From IMG/VR virus record IMGVR_UViG_3300031344_000005, positions 18,816 to 82,815 of that record: DNA of 64,000 nt; one strand, written 5' to 3'. The notes below the pieces were generated by a model, which was not told the DNA's origin, made no database searches, and worked only from the letters and a program-made list of their open reading frames with translations. The position numbers and the translations under genes are program-made. The DNA comes from a virus. Below, piece by piece: positions 30,277 to 39,845 of this stretch. Within the stretch, counting starts at the first letter, position 1; each line of letters starts with the position of its first letter.

Positions 30277-33200
30277 AAAACCCATTTGCAGTGCTCCTCG
30301 CGACTCTTGGCATCGCCATCGGCGGGAGTACACTCGTCTATGGCGCCTCGGTTGGCTACAGCTACCTCTACGGTAACAACTGCTCAGGCTATGGGTGTAC
30401 CAACCCGCTCACAACCGTCACCGGCACCCTCGCCGCCGCACATGGCGACGCTGGAGTCAACGTCATGAACAGCCCCGCGCCCACGGCAGTTGGGCAGGCG
30501 CTGCTCGCAAAATCTATTGGCCCTTCCGCGAGTGCCAATTGGGCAACCATCCCCGGCGCAAATGCAGATATGATCTGGACGATTCGCAGTAGCGCTGCGG
30601 ACAACAGTTGGTACAGCGTCACCTACGGCAACGGTACGTTTGTCGCCGTGGCGCCTACGGGGACGGGCAATCGAGTGATGACGTCGCCCGATGGAATCGC
30701 ATGGACGATCCGCAGCAGCGCTGCGGACAACAGTTGGTCCAGCGTCACCTACGGCAACGGCACGTTTGTCGCCGTGGCGACTACAGGGACGGGCAATCGA
30801 GTGATGACATCACCCGATGGGATCACATGGACGATCCGCAGCAGCGCTGCGGACAACAGTTGGTTCAGCGTCACCTACGGCAACGGTACGTTTGTCGCCG
30901 TGGCGCCTACGGGGACGGGCAATCGAGTGATGACGTCGCCCGATGGAATCGCATGGACGATCCGCAGTAGCGCTGCGGACAACAACTGGTACAGCGTCAC
31001 CTACGGCAACGGTACGTTTGTCGCCGTGGCATACTCGGGGACGGGCAATCGAGTGATGACGTCGCCCGATGGAATCGCATGGACGATTCGCAGTAGCGCC
31101 GCGGACAACGGCTGGATCAGCGTCACCTACGGCAACGGTACGTTTGTCGCCGTGGCATACACGGGGACGGGCAATCGAGTGATGACGTCGCCCGATGGAA
31201 TCGCATGGACGATCCGCAGCAGCGCTGCGGACAACAGTTGGCACAGCGTCACCTACGGCAACGGCACGTTTGTCGCCGTGGCGAATACAGGGACGGGCAA
31301 TCGAGTGATGACGTCGCCACCTTGGACCAACACGCCGCTATCCTCGTCGGTGCCTCCACTCGTCGCCGCAGGCCCCGGTGTGGCCGGCACGGGAACAAGC
31401 GCCCAGCGGTCTGATAGCCAGCAAGGGCTCTCCGCGACCAACCCCAACAAGGGCGACTTCTTCCGCTCGCCCGTAGGAACCGATAGCGCCACGAATACCA
31501 GCATCGGATGGGATCACGCCTTGGATCTCGTGCGCTACGCGGGCAGTGGTACGGCAGATCCAACGGCTGGGGCAGGCGTGCCTTGCCTACTGGCCTCTGG
31601 GTCTCCGCTTAGCATGTGCCTGTACTACCAGACGGTCCATTGCAACGACGGTGGATGTAGCTACGCGATTTGGTGGAAATCGGGCAGTGGTGATACCCAA
31701 TGGACGCAGTTTGGCACGGGTGGGGGAGGTGGAGGAGGTACCATCGCGCTCACGTCACCGCTTGGAACCATCAACATCGGCGCAGGTGGTGGCCTGACGA
31801 CCGAGGACGTGGTCTACGGCCATGCGATTCATACAGCGCTGCAGGGTTCCGAATGGAACGTGGCCAGCGGTGTCTGTCCTCTCGACCCGAATACCATGGT
31901 TCCGCTGGCGAATCTGTACCCCAGCACCGAATCGCACGCCGGCACCATGAGCGCGGCTGACAAGACCAAGCTCGACGGCATCTCAGCCGGCGCAACCGTT
32001 GATGCCTTCACCGTCAAGGCTGCTTCGGGCTCAACGCCAGGCTATCTCGGTGCCGTCTGCGAATCCACCGACAGCAGTATCACCATTGGCCAGACCGGCG
32101 ACTACGTGACGTTCGCCGCGAACTTCGGCACCGGCGCGGCTCAGGTCTGCAGCGGTGCTACCTGCGCGGGCCTGCAGAGTCAGCTTCCCGCGTGCGCGCC
32201 TGGACAGATCGAAATCTTTGGCACAGTTACACAGACCGGGACGGCCACAGGGACGGTTACGAGCCGCACTTGCCAGAATTCGCCCTATCAGCCGGTGGGC
32301 AGCTATCAACCGGCGCTACCACCTGGGACAAACAACCAGGTGCTGGCCTACTCTGTGACGGGCACGGGGACCGGAACCAATATCGTAGCCAAAACTCCCA
32401 GCGTGAATGCTGGCAATGGCATCTCGGTGAGTGGCACCAACCCGGTCACGGGCCTCACAATTTCGGCCAACATCGCCAGCAGCCGCAACATCTCCACCGC
32501 GACTGCTAGCACGACTGCCGTGTCAACGGCTACCACGATGTACGGGTCTGACTCACAGGTGGTGCTGCCTGTGGCCAACGCGACCACGCAGGGCATCTCC
32601 AAGGTTGCCAGCAATGCCGCTATCGCCAGCTCGACCAATACAGGCACGGCGTCGTCGACGGCGGGTGCCACCTGCATGCCGGCAGATGCGACGGCCAACG
32701 GTGATCACCGGGTCAGCGTGGCGTCTGGGTCGACCCCGTACTACCTGGGGGACGCCGTCATAGCGGCGGCGAGTCCCGCGGTCGGTGGGGCTCCGATCGC
32801 CTTGAGTATAGACGACGAAGGCGGTGGTGTGAAGTATCTGATGCTCGGTGCGCGCGCGGGCTCCTCCTCGGTGAGCGGCATGGTGCGGCTCGACCCCAAC
32901 GCACCCCCTGCCCTCGACGGCGGCCCGGCCACCACGGGCTCGCGTGGGCTTGCGGCTGATTCAGGCAACAAACCCAAGCTGGGCGGCAACTCGCCCACGC
33001 CGCGGCAAGCGCTCATCGGCGGGACCTGCAGCAACACCGCCACGGGGACCAACACCACAACCGCGATCAATTTCTGCCCATTGCAAGTCACGGACGTCAA
33101 CGGCGCGGTGGGCGGCAGTGGGTCGACCAGCCATTACTCCAAGTGGACTGCTGGCAGTCAGCTTGGCAACGCCTTCATCACCGAAGACGCCGCCCAGCCT

Positions 33201-34001
33201 CAAATGAATGGCAGCTTCTCGGCGGGCACGACCTCGATTGACTATGTGGGACCCGCGCAATACAGCGCGATGGAATTGCCACGAGGCGAGCTGCTATTCA
33301 GCAACACCAATGCATCCAATCAGGCGTACCTGGTCAGCAACGCTTACGAGAAGTCAGACGGGACGCAGGCTTACCGCTACACGGGACCAGCGGCAGGGCT
33401 GGGGATGCAAGACGGGATTATCTACGCTTTGACGGCGCCGAGCGGGACGCAGAATGCGGCGATTTCGTGGGTGACACAGGCGACGATTTCGTCAACAGGG
33501 ATTGCGGGCAGCAACATCACGGCCACACCAACGGCGAATGCGATTCCCAAGGCCGATGGTAGCGGGACACTCAATGCGTGGGTGACAAATCACGCCAGCA
33601 TCTTTCACGACACTTCGCTGGCCACCACCGTAGCGATCGGAGACTATCCTACCTGGCACACCATTCTGACATTTAACACAGGCGGAACTGCTGGAGCCAT
33701 TGTTGTTCACGCCACGGTGACGGTCAAGTGTAATGGCGGGGGTAGTAGCGCAATCGCTTATGTGAGGCTTGCGATGGGTGCCGCCCAACTCGATGGGCAG
33801 TATTTGGCGACCGTGCCAGCCGCTGCATACGGGTACTACGGATACGCGACGTTAAGCGCCAACAGCTACGCGCCATTTTCGGCGGGAGCACACACGGTAG
33901 GTCTGCAAGCGTACACCGACACCACTAGCTGCGTCGTCCAGGGAAACGATCAGATCACGGGCGGCTCTGCTGTCCTCGTAGCCACCGAATACACGAACTA
34001 G
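30273..34001 (+). CDS. Large fibre/adhesin-like protein with 6-blade Asp-box (BNR-like) propeller and signal-peptide-like N-terminus
   Basis: ATGA-coupled start MKNPFAVLLATLGIAIGG; six 42-aa repeats containing TSPDGIxW; T/S/G-rich stalk. Confidence 0.75.
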   Translation: MKNPFAVLLATLGIAIGGSTLVYGASVGYSYLYGNNCSGYGCTNPLTTVTGTLAAAHGDAGVNVMNSPAPTAVGQALLAKSIGPSASANWATIPGANADMIWTIRSSAADNSWYSVTYGNGTFVAVAPTGTGNRVMTSPDGIAWTIRSSAADNSWSSVTYGNGTFVAVATTGTGNRVMTSPDGITWTIRSSAADNSWFSVTYGNGTFVAVAPTGTGNRVMTSPDGIAWTIRSSAADNNWYSVTYGNGTFVAVAYSGTGNRVMTSPDGIAWTIRSSAADNGWISVTYGNGTFVAVAYTGTGNRVMTSPDGIAWTIRSSAADNSWHSVTYGNGTFVAVANTGTGNRVMTSPPWTNTPLSSSVPPLVAAGPGVAGTGTSAQRSDSQQGLSATNPNKGDFFRSPVGTDSATNTSIGWDHALDLVRYAGSGTADPTAGAGVPCLLASGSPLSMCLYYQTVHCNDGGCSYAIWWKSGSGDTQWTQFGTGGGGGGGTIALTSPLGTINIGAGGGLTTEDVVYGHAIHTALQGSEWNVASGVCPLDPNTMVPLANLYPSTESHAGTMSAADKTKLDGISAGATVDAFTVKAASGSTPGYLGAVCESTDSSITIGQTGDYVTFAANFGTGAAQVCSGATCAGLQSQLPACAPGQIEIFGTVTQTGTATGTVTSRTCQNSPYQPVGSYQPALPPGTNNQVLAYSVTGTGTGTNIVAKTPSVNAGNGISVSGTNPVTGLTISANIASSRNISTATASTTAVSTATTMYGSDSQVVLPVANATTQGISKVASNAAIASSTNTGTASSTAGATCMPADATANGDHRVSVASGSTPYYLGDAVIAAASPAVGGAPIALSIDDEGGGVKYLMLGARAGSSSVSGMVRLDPNAPPALDGGPATTGSRGLAADSGNKPKLGGNSPTPRQALIGGTCSNTATGTNTTTAINFCPLQVTDVNGAVGGSGSTSHYSKWTAGSQLGNAFITEDAAQPQMNGSFSAGTTSIDYVGPAQYSAMELPRGELLFSNTNASNQAYLVSNAYEKSDGTQAYRYTGPAAGLGMQDGIIYALTAPSGTQNAAISWVTQATISSTGIAGSNITATPTANAIPKADGSGTLNAWVTNHASIFHDTSLATTVAIGDYPTWHTILTFNTGGTAGAIVVHATVTVKCNGGGSSAIAYVRLAMGAAQLDGQYLATVPAAAYGYYGYATLSANSYAPFSAGAHTVGLQAYTDTTSCVVQGNDQITGGSAVLVATEYTN
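30576..31320 (+). repeat. Six tandem 126-bp coding repeats
   Basis: Units start at 30576, 30702, 30828, 30954, 31080, 31206; near-identical DNA. Confidence 0.95.
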
Positions 34002-34008
34002 GACCACC

Positions 34009-34212
34009 ATGCCCAAACGCAACCCTCGAACCATCTACGCGACCGGCTGGGGCGCCACCACGTCGCAACTCGCGCGCGACCGCAAGAGCATCTTGCTGCG
34101 CACGCCGGCCAACCCGGTCCTCAACCTGGCCGACGCGCGGCTACTGGCGGAGGGGATACTGCGGCTAATCGAAGAAGCGAAGAACCCACCCACGAAGAAT
34201 GTGATAGACTGA
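34009..34212 (+). CDS. Hypothetical protein
   Basis: AGGA RBS, 67 aa. Confidence 0.6.
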   Translation: MPKRNPRTIYATGWGATTSQLARDRKSILLRTPANPVLNLADARLLAEGILRLIEEAKNPPTKNVID

Positions 34213-34228
34213 ACGAAAGGATCCCACC

Positions 34229-34645
34229 ATGCCGATTACCCCCGCAACAAAGTACGACGTCAGCACCTCGCTGAATTTTTCGTTAGCTTTCTACCTGTCG
34301 GGCACCGCGACCCCGGCGACCGACATGAGCGCCGCCATGCGCACCAGCTGGATCTGCAAGTCGTCCCATGAGCTGTCGCTGTGGCTGAAATGGCCAGGCA
34401 CCAGCGCAGGCGTGACCGCTCCTACCGGGACATGGTCCATCGAAGTGACGAACGACAGTTCCGAGGCGACGGGGATTGCTATCCCGCCAGCCGACATCCC
34501 CGGCCTGACGGCGGGACAGCCTGCGGGCACGTCCGGCCGGCTGGTCATCGACCCGCTTTCGATCGCCTCGACCTATTTCGCGGTCGTCTACACGCCGTCG
34601 AGTGGCGGCAGTGGCGCGGTCGCGACCGGCGCCGTGGGAGCGTGA
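34229..34645 (+). CDS. Hypothetical virion protein (beta-sandwich-like)
   Basis: AAAGGA RBS; PTGTWSIEVTND...YFAVVYT pattern. Confidence 0.65.
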   Translation: MPITPATKYDVSTSLNFSLAFYLSGTATPATDMSAAMRTSWICKSSHELSLWLKWPGTSAGVTAPTGTWSIEVTNDSSEATGIAIPPADIPGLTAGQPAGTSGRLVIDPLSIASTYFAVVYTPSSGGSGAVATGAVGA

Positions 34646-34649
34646 CGCC

Positions 34650-36296
34650 ATGGCCGATACTCACGCTCGCAGCAAGCAGTCACTCGGTGGACTCACCCAG
34701 GACGACATCCCCGACGGCACGACGGCCAAGCAGTTCGTCCCCACCGCCGTCGCCATGACAGGCGGCACCTCAACCGACGTTGTCTCCTCCGACACGGTGA
34801 CGTCTGGCGCTCTCGTCGTGGCAGGTGCAGCAGTAGGCCCGGCTCCCACTACGCAGAAGTGGAGCGCGGCCAGTGCAGCGTCAGCCAGCTCCCCTGGTAT
34901 CTGCGGCGGCGTAGCGGTGGCGGCCGTGGGTGCAACTGACCTGGCGCTCAAGGTTCAAAGTGTTGGCATCACCGGCGTGATTGCCGATGCCCTCTGGGAC
35001 TCCCTACCCGCTACGTCCGACGCGGGCAAGCCGGTCTACCTGAGCAAGACCGTCGGTCACTACACACTGGATGTCTCGGCCTACGTGACGACCGACCGCG
35101 TGCAGTCTCTCGGCATTCTCCATGCGGGCGGCACCGGGGCGTGTCGGATCAAGCTGGCGATTGGGCAGTCCCTCACGGCTTTGCAGTGGGTCGCCTTGCT
35201 CGCGGGCAACGCATCTATCAAGGACATCCCCGTCACGGCGCTGACGTTCACGCCGGCATACTTGACCGGGGCGACCGATGCAACATCAGTGGTGGCGACC
35301 TGGCAGGCTGTGACTGCTGGAAGTTTCGCGGTCACGATTGACGGCACGGCCCGCACCATTTCAGGGCTCAACTTCTCAACCGATACCACAATGGCGCTCG
35401 TAGCGAGTCGTATTCAAGCAGCGATTCGCGTGGCTACGAGTGCGCTGGAAACCTTCACTTGGTCGACTGACCACTTCGTCCTGACTTCGGCGAGCACGGC
35501 CAATACCAGCGCCGTCACGGTTACGAGCGCCACCGGGTCGGGGACGGACATCAGCGGCGCGGCCGGTGGTTCGCGCTTCTTGTCCTGCAACTCCAGCAAG
35601 GGAGTCGTTACGGCCCGCGCACACGGTGTCTACACGCTCCTCACGACCGACCGCCGCTTGCGTCTATCCTGCACCGCTACTGACCCCGTCTGGCTGCTTC
35701 TCCCGACGTGCACTGCCGCCGGTGACGGCAAGCAATACATATTCGTCGATACCGGGTACCTCTCGGCGACGAACGTGATCACCCTCGTCCACAACGGGGC
35801 AGAGACGATCGCGAATGTCGCAGCAGACATCACGCTAGCGGCAAACGGCGGGGAGATCATTGTCACCTGCGACCTAGTCCACACCAACTGGACCAAGAAC
35901 GTGGGCAGCATGGCGCAACTGGCGGCCACTCCTACGGCACTACTCGGTAGCGCTCAGGCCAATGCAGTCGCTGGGACCGTTGCGCCTCCCTCCACTGTGA
36001 ACACGAACACATACACCCCGGTGTTGACCGACGCCTTTCTACCCAAATGGATGACCTATGCTGGCGCAAGCGCCGTCACGCTTCCGCAGGATTCTGACCT
36101 GGCGTTCCCCATTGGCAGCTCAATTTCTTTCAAGTGCGCGAACGCCGCAGGCAAGATCACGTTTGCGGCCGGCTCAGGAGCGACGCTAGTGGTGGCTCGC
36201 ACCGGATGTGCATCGCTAATTCCGCAAAACCCATGGGGCGAGGTCTACAAGTCCGCGGCGAATACGTGGGAACTCATCGGGCCGTTCGTAGGGTGA
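34650..36296 (+). CDS. Multi-domain fibre protein (cement-like N-terminus, sheath-domain-like insert, fibre adaptor C-terminus)
   Basis: GKPVYLSKTVG; WQAVTAGSFAVTIDGTARTISGLNFS; C-terminal YTPVLTD..AVTLP..AFPIG..NTWELIG. Confidence 0.6.
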   Translation: MADTHARSKQSLGGLTQDDIPDGTTAKQFVPTAVAMTGGTSTDVVSSDTVTSGALVVAGAAVGPAPTTQKWSAASAASASSPGICGGVAVAAVGATDLALKVQSVGITGVIADALWDSLPATSDAGKPVYLSKTVGHYTLDVSAYVTTDRVQSLGILHAGGTGACRIKLAIGQSLTALQWVALLAGNASIKDIPVTALTFTPAYLTGATDATSVVATWQAVTAGSFAVTIDGTARTISGLNFSTDTTMALVASRIQAAIRVATSALETFTWSTDHFVLTSASTANTSAVTVTSATGSGTDISGAAGGSRFLSCNSSKGVVTARAHGVYTLLTTDRRLRLSCTATDPVWLLLPTCTAAGDGKQYIFVDTGYLSATNVITLVHNGAETIANVAADITLAANGGEIIVTCDLVHTNWTKNVGSMAQLAATPTALLGSAQANAVAGTVAPPSTVNTNTYTPVLTDAFLPKWMTYAGASAVTLPQDSDLAFPIGSSISFKCANAAGKITFAAGSGATLVVARTGCASLIPQNPWGEVYKSAANTWELIGPFVG

Positions 36297-36299
36297 TGC

Positions 36300-37241
36300 A
36301 TGTTGTCCATCGGCATACATGCAAGCACGTGGAAGGTAGGACGATTCGGCTATATCCTTGGAGGGTTTGCTGCATCCCCTGTCGCTACTGCGGACTGTAC
36401 AACATTCTCCACACAGATCACCGCTGCCCTGGCAAGCGCGAATCTGTCGCAGAATAACTATAACGCGTGCTCTTTGAGTGACGCCGTGAGATACGGCTAC
36501 GCGCTTGGAGGATACAACGCGATTTACCTCATTTCAACTGATCAAATCACTCTCTCCACACAGGTCACCGCCTTGCTCGCTACCTGCAATCTATCGCAAT
36601 CCAGGTATCGCGCTGGGTCGCTAAGCGACGGATTTCAATTTGGTTATGTCTTAGGGGGGACGAATGGCGCCCCTGTCGCTACTGCCGACTGTACAACATT
36701 CTCCACGCAGGTCACCGCTGCCTTGGCAAGCGCGAATCTGTCAGAGGCTCGTTATGGTCTAAGCGGTCTGAGTGACGCCGTGAGATACGGCTACGCGCTT
36801 GGAGGATACACCTCCACCTACGTGGCCACGGGTGGGTGTTTGACGTTCAGTACCCAATCACTAGCCGCCCTAGCAAGCGCCAACTTATCACAGGCTCGTA
36901 GGTACGCTTGCTCAATGGGCGACCCTGTAAGGTACGTTGGCTATACGATAGGCGGTTCCAATGGGAACGATCTAGCTACTGCGGACTGTACAACATTCTC
37001 CACACAGGTCACCGCTGCCTTGACAAGCGCGAATCTGTCGCAGGCTCGTTATGGCGTTTCCGGCATGATCGACGGACTTCAATTTGGTTATGTCTTAGGT
37101 GGAGCCAATTCTGGAGGGAATCTAGCTACTGCGGACTGTACAACATTCTCCACACAGATCACCGCTGCCCTGGCAAGCGCGAATCTGTCGGCAGGGAACG
37201 CGCGAAGGTATGTGTCATCCGTGAGTGACTACAATGTTTAA
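36300..37241 (+). CDS. Kelch-like beta-propeller receptor-binding protein
   Basis: About six ~49-aa repeats (ANLSQARY....D...GY.LGG...ATADCTTFSTQ); follows the fibre adaptor gene. Confidence 0.7.
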   Translation: MLSIGIHASTWKVGRFGYILGGFAASPVATADCTTFSTQITAALASANLSQNNYNACSLSDAVRYGYALGGYNAIYLISTDQITLSTQVTALLATCNLSQSRYRAGSLSDGFQFGYVLGGTNGAPVATADCTTFSTQVTAALASANLSEARYGLSGLSDAVRYGYALGGYTSTYVATGGCLTFSTQSLAALASANLSQARRYACSMGDPVRYVGYTIGGSNGNDLATADCTTFSTQVTAALTSANLSQARYGVSGMIDGLQFGYVLGGANSGGNLATADCTTFSTQITAALASANLSAGNARRYVSSVSDYNV

Positions 37242-37800
37242 CCCGCCCCCTGAACTGCTGGCGGCATTTGCGGAAATCCAGCAACCGCGCAGTCGGTATG
37301 CACTAGACAAACTGGTGGTTGGGCAGAAGTTTACGCCAGAGGCGCAGTATGCTCAATGCGTGCTGGAAGCACAGATCAAGTGGGTCAACATCCGTCTAGG
37401 TCGATTGGAAATGGAGCGTATTGATCTTGAAATTGCAGCCATCACAACGCCGGGCCGGCTCGGCGAAATTGAACGCGAAAAGAAGCAGATAGAAAAAGAA
37501 CAGACCATGCACGCCATGCTGGGAGCCGAGCGAGAGTTAGCGTGTCTATGCGACATCTTCGGGCAATTCCCTTCAAAGTTCACCTACGAGGAGTTGCAAG
37601 CTGCACAACCTGAGGAACACCGTCAACGTCTGTGCATGCACGCCATCCAAGACATTGCGGCGTTCGGCTACGTGACGCCCGGCAACCAGGATGCCCTGCG
37701 GATGATCAAGGCCGCACTGGTCATCAACGAAGTCAACGGCAAGAAACAAATCACAATTGAATTGGCGACCGAAACAAATCAACTGAGGGCTCTTCCATGA
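37234..37800 (+). CDS. Hypothetical helical protein (possible fibre chaperone)
   Basis: MFNPPPELL; coiled-coil centre; adjacent to the propeller gene. Confidence 0.6.
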   Translation: MFNPPPELLAAFAEIQQPRSRYALDKLVVGQKFTPEAQYAQCVLEAQIKWVNIRLGRLEMERIDLEIAAITTPGRLGEIEREKKQIEKEQTMHAMLGAERELACLCDIFGQFPSKFTYEELQAAQPEEHRQRLCMHAIQDIAAFGYVTPGNQDALRMIKAALVINEVNGKKQITIELATETNQLRALP

Positions 37801-38195
37801 TCAACTTGACTACGAACATCACCATCACGAACGACATTCCCCGCATTGTCAAATGGCAGGTAGCGGACGCGCACGATTGCGCGAACCAGACGCCGCCGTG
37901 CCTGACTCTTGCTCTCAACCTGATCGGCCCTGGCGCTGTCATCTTCGGGTCGTACAATCTGGCAATCTTCGATACCTTGGCCAGCACGACCCTCACCGTG
38001 AATCCTACGCCACAGGGAATCAGCGACCAGTTTCTCTACGGGTCGGCGGTGCTTACCGGCAACCAATACACGGCTCTTTCGGCAATCTGGAACGGCAATT
38101 GCTCGGGTACAGGAACTAGAGCTAAGCGGCTGGCGGCCCTTGAGGCGGCTATTGTATCTGCGGGAGTTCTGTCCGCAGCGTTCTCGGGCACCTAA
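37797..38195 (+). CDS. Hypothetical protein
   Basis: ATGA-coupled, 132 aa. Confidence 0.65.
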   Translation: MINLTTNITITNDIPRIVKWQVADAHDCANQTPPCLTLALNLIGPGAVIFGSYNLAIFDTLASTTLTVNPTPQGISDQFLYGSAVLTGNQYTALSAIWNGNCSGTGTRAKRLAALEAAIVSAGVLSAAFSGT

Positions 38196-38197
38196 CC

Positions 38198-38488
38198 ATG
38201 CGGACAATACTCACGGCTTGCATTCTTCTATCCCTGTCCTGCGCAACCGTCCCGCCGACTCCTGCGCCTGCCTACACCTGTGCCACGGCCTGCGCTCGCG
38301 GCACTGTACTCGACTGCGACTGGGCACGGTGGAATCCCGACGTCGGCAACTGCGCTTCTCAGTGCGTGGACTGGCGCGACACTTGGGGGTATGACGTGGC
38401 ATGTATGAGTAAGGTCGCGACCTGTGAGGCGGCAGAGCATTGCCAGGGCCACACGTACGGAGTGCACAGGCTGAGTAAGAAGAAGTAG
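38198..38488 (+). CDS. Cys-rich putative lipoprotein
   Basis: MRTILTACILLSLSC lipobox-like signal; paired cysteines. Confidence 0.6.
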   Translation: MRTILTACILLSLSCATVPPTPAPAYTCATACARGTVLDCDWARWNPDVGNCASQCVDWRDTWGYDVACMSKVATCEAAEHCQGHTYGVHRLSKKK

Positions 38489-38493
38489 CACCC

Positions 38494-38949
38494 ATGGAGT
38501 ACCGCCGTCCCACACGAGAGGTTGCCACGCCGAGGGCGGTGGACGACTCGGAACACGTTGTGTGGTGCTGGGAAGGCGCAGGGCCGGGTGCACGATTGCG
38601 ATTGCACGTTGACCAGGTGAAGAACAACATGAGCCAGCAGATTGACGGTGTAGCCAAGGAATCGCGCAAGGACATCACGGCTATCAACAAGCGCCTGTGG
38701 TACATCAGCGGTGGGGCGGCGGTGGTTGGGCTGCTCGCCCCTGTCGTCCTGGGAGTCTGGCTCAGCTATAGGCTCAAGGACAGCGATGACCGCGCCGTGA
38801 AGCGTGCCGATGTGGAGCAGGCCGTCCAGAAAAGCGCTGCGATGGCAACGGCAAAGAGCCTCGACGATATGGGGCTGTTCAAACAGATGCTCGACAAGCA
38901 AGCCGCCGACATCGCACTGCCGACGGTGACGCCAAGGAACCGAAAATGA
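38494..38949 (+). CDS. Single-pass membrane protein
   Basis: Coiled coil, then LWYISGGAAVVGLLAPVVLGVWL. Confidence 0.6.
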   Translation: MEYRRPTREVATPRAVDDSEHVVWCWEGAGPGARLRLHVDQVKNNMSQQIDGVAKESRKDITAINKRLWYISGGAAVVGLLAPVVLGVWLSYRLKDSDDRAVKRADVEQAVQKSAAMATAKSLDDMGLFKQMLDKQAADIALPTVTPRNRK

Positions 38950-39032
38950 TCTGGACGTTCCTGCGAATCTTCGGCGTGCTCGTGGCCTTCGGCGTGCTGT
39001 GCATCGTGTGTTGGTGGTGGAGCAACAAGTAA
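38946..39032 (+). CDS. Tiny membrane peptide (28 aa)
   Basis: ATGA-coupled; MIWTFLRIFGVLVAFGVLCIVCWWWSNK. Confidence 0.5.
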   Translation: MIWTFLRIFGVLVAFGVLCIVCWWWSNK

Positions 39033-39048
39033 ACCAAGGAACATCACA

Positions 39049-39531
39049 ATGACCCCGTCCATCATCCAAGTCGCATCAGGCCCCGGCTGGGCCATGGTGA
39101 TCGTGTTACTCGTCGGGCTCGCGGCTATCGTGGGCATCTTCGGTGCGCTGCTCAAAGGGATGTTGGAAAAATTCCACTTGCGCGCTTCTGAGGATGGCCA
39201 GATTACACGCGCCTCCATGTTGGCCGCAACCGACACCATGAGAGATATTCGTGAGTCCTGCACCACGTGCCAACAAAGCGTCCTCGTCGTGATCAAGACT
39301 GTGATGGGGGAGCAGGTAGAGCGGGTCCTCATGGACATCCGTGTCGAGCACGACGACACTCGAGCCTGTCTGTACGAGTTGCATAAGGACGGCGGGCGCG
39401 AGACAGATAGACTCATTGAGAAGCTTGATCAAATCAACAACACGATGCTGACATTGTCTACGCAGGGCGACTCGCCCCCGGTGCTCGGAGTGGGTTCCCA
39501 GGTTCGTGAAAGCGTGGCGTCGACGAAATGA
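39049..39531 (+). CDS. Membrane-anchored coiled-coil protein (holin/spanin-like candidate)
   Basis: AAGGA RBS; N-terminal TM helix and helical tail. Confidence 0.55.
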   Translation: MTPSIIQVASGPGWAMVIVLLVGLAAIVGIFGALLKGMLEKFHLRASEDGQITRASMLAATDTMRDIRESCTTCQQSVLVVIKTVMGEQVERVLMDIRVEHDDTRACLYELHKDGGRETDRLIEKLDQINNTMLTLSTQGDSPPVLGVGSQVRESVASTK

Positions 39532-39845
39532 TATGGCTCGCCCTCGCCCTCGTCGTCCTGGCAATCGTCGTCGGCGCGTTCGCGCTGGGCTGGCGGGCCT
39601 CGGCATGGTACTGCCAGCAAGCGACTCCGAGCTGTCCGCGGTGGCGCCCCCAGTGGCTTGCCATGTGGATCGCTGGCCTGAAGAAGCAATACCCCAACGG
39701 CTCGCATGAGCGGCGCCCTACGCCCGCGCCCACGCCGGGAGCGGTCCCGATGGCTAGGCTTGACAACGAATGGCGCGCGGGGATACCATCTCAACGAATG
39801 GACACGCCGGTAACGGGCTGCGAAAATCCAAAGCGAAAAACATGA
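39528..39845 (+). CDS. Membrane protein
   Basis: MIWLALALVVLAIVVGAFALG TM helix. Confidence 0.55.
   Translation: MIWLALALVVLAIVVGAFALGWRASAWYCQQATPSCPRWRPQWLAMWIAGLKKQYPNGSHERRPTPAPTPGAVPMARLDNEWRAGIPSQRMDTPVTGCENPKRKT

Noticed and set aside
30576-31320. CRISPR-like array
   Set aside because: Contiguous in-frame 126-bp coding repeats with no unique spacers and no cas genes.
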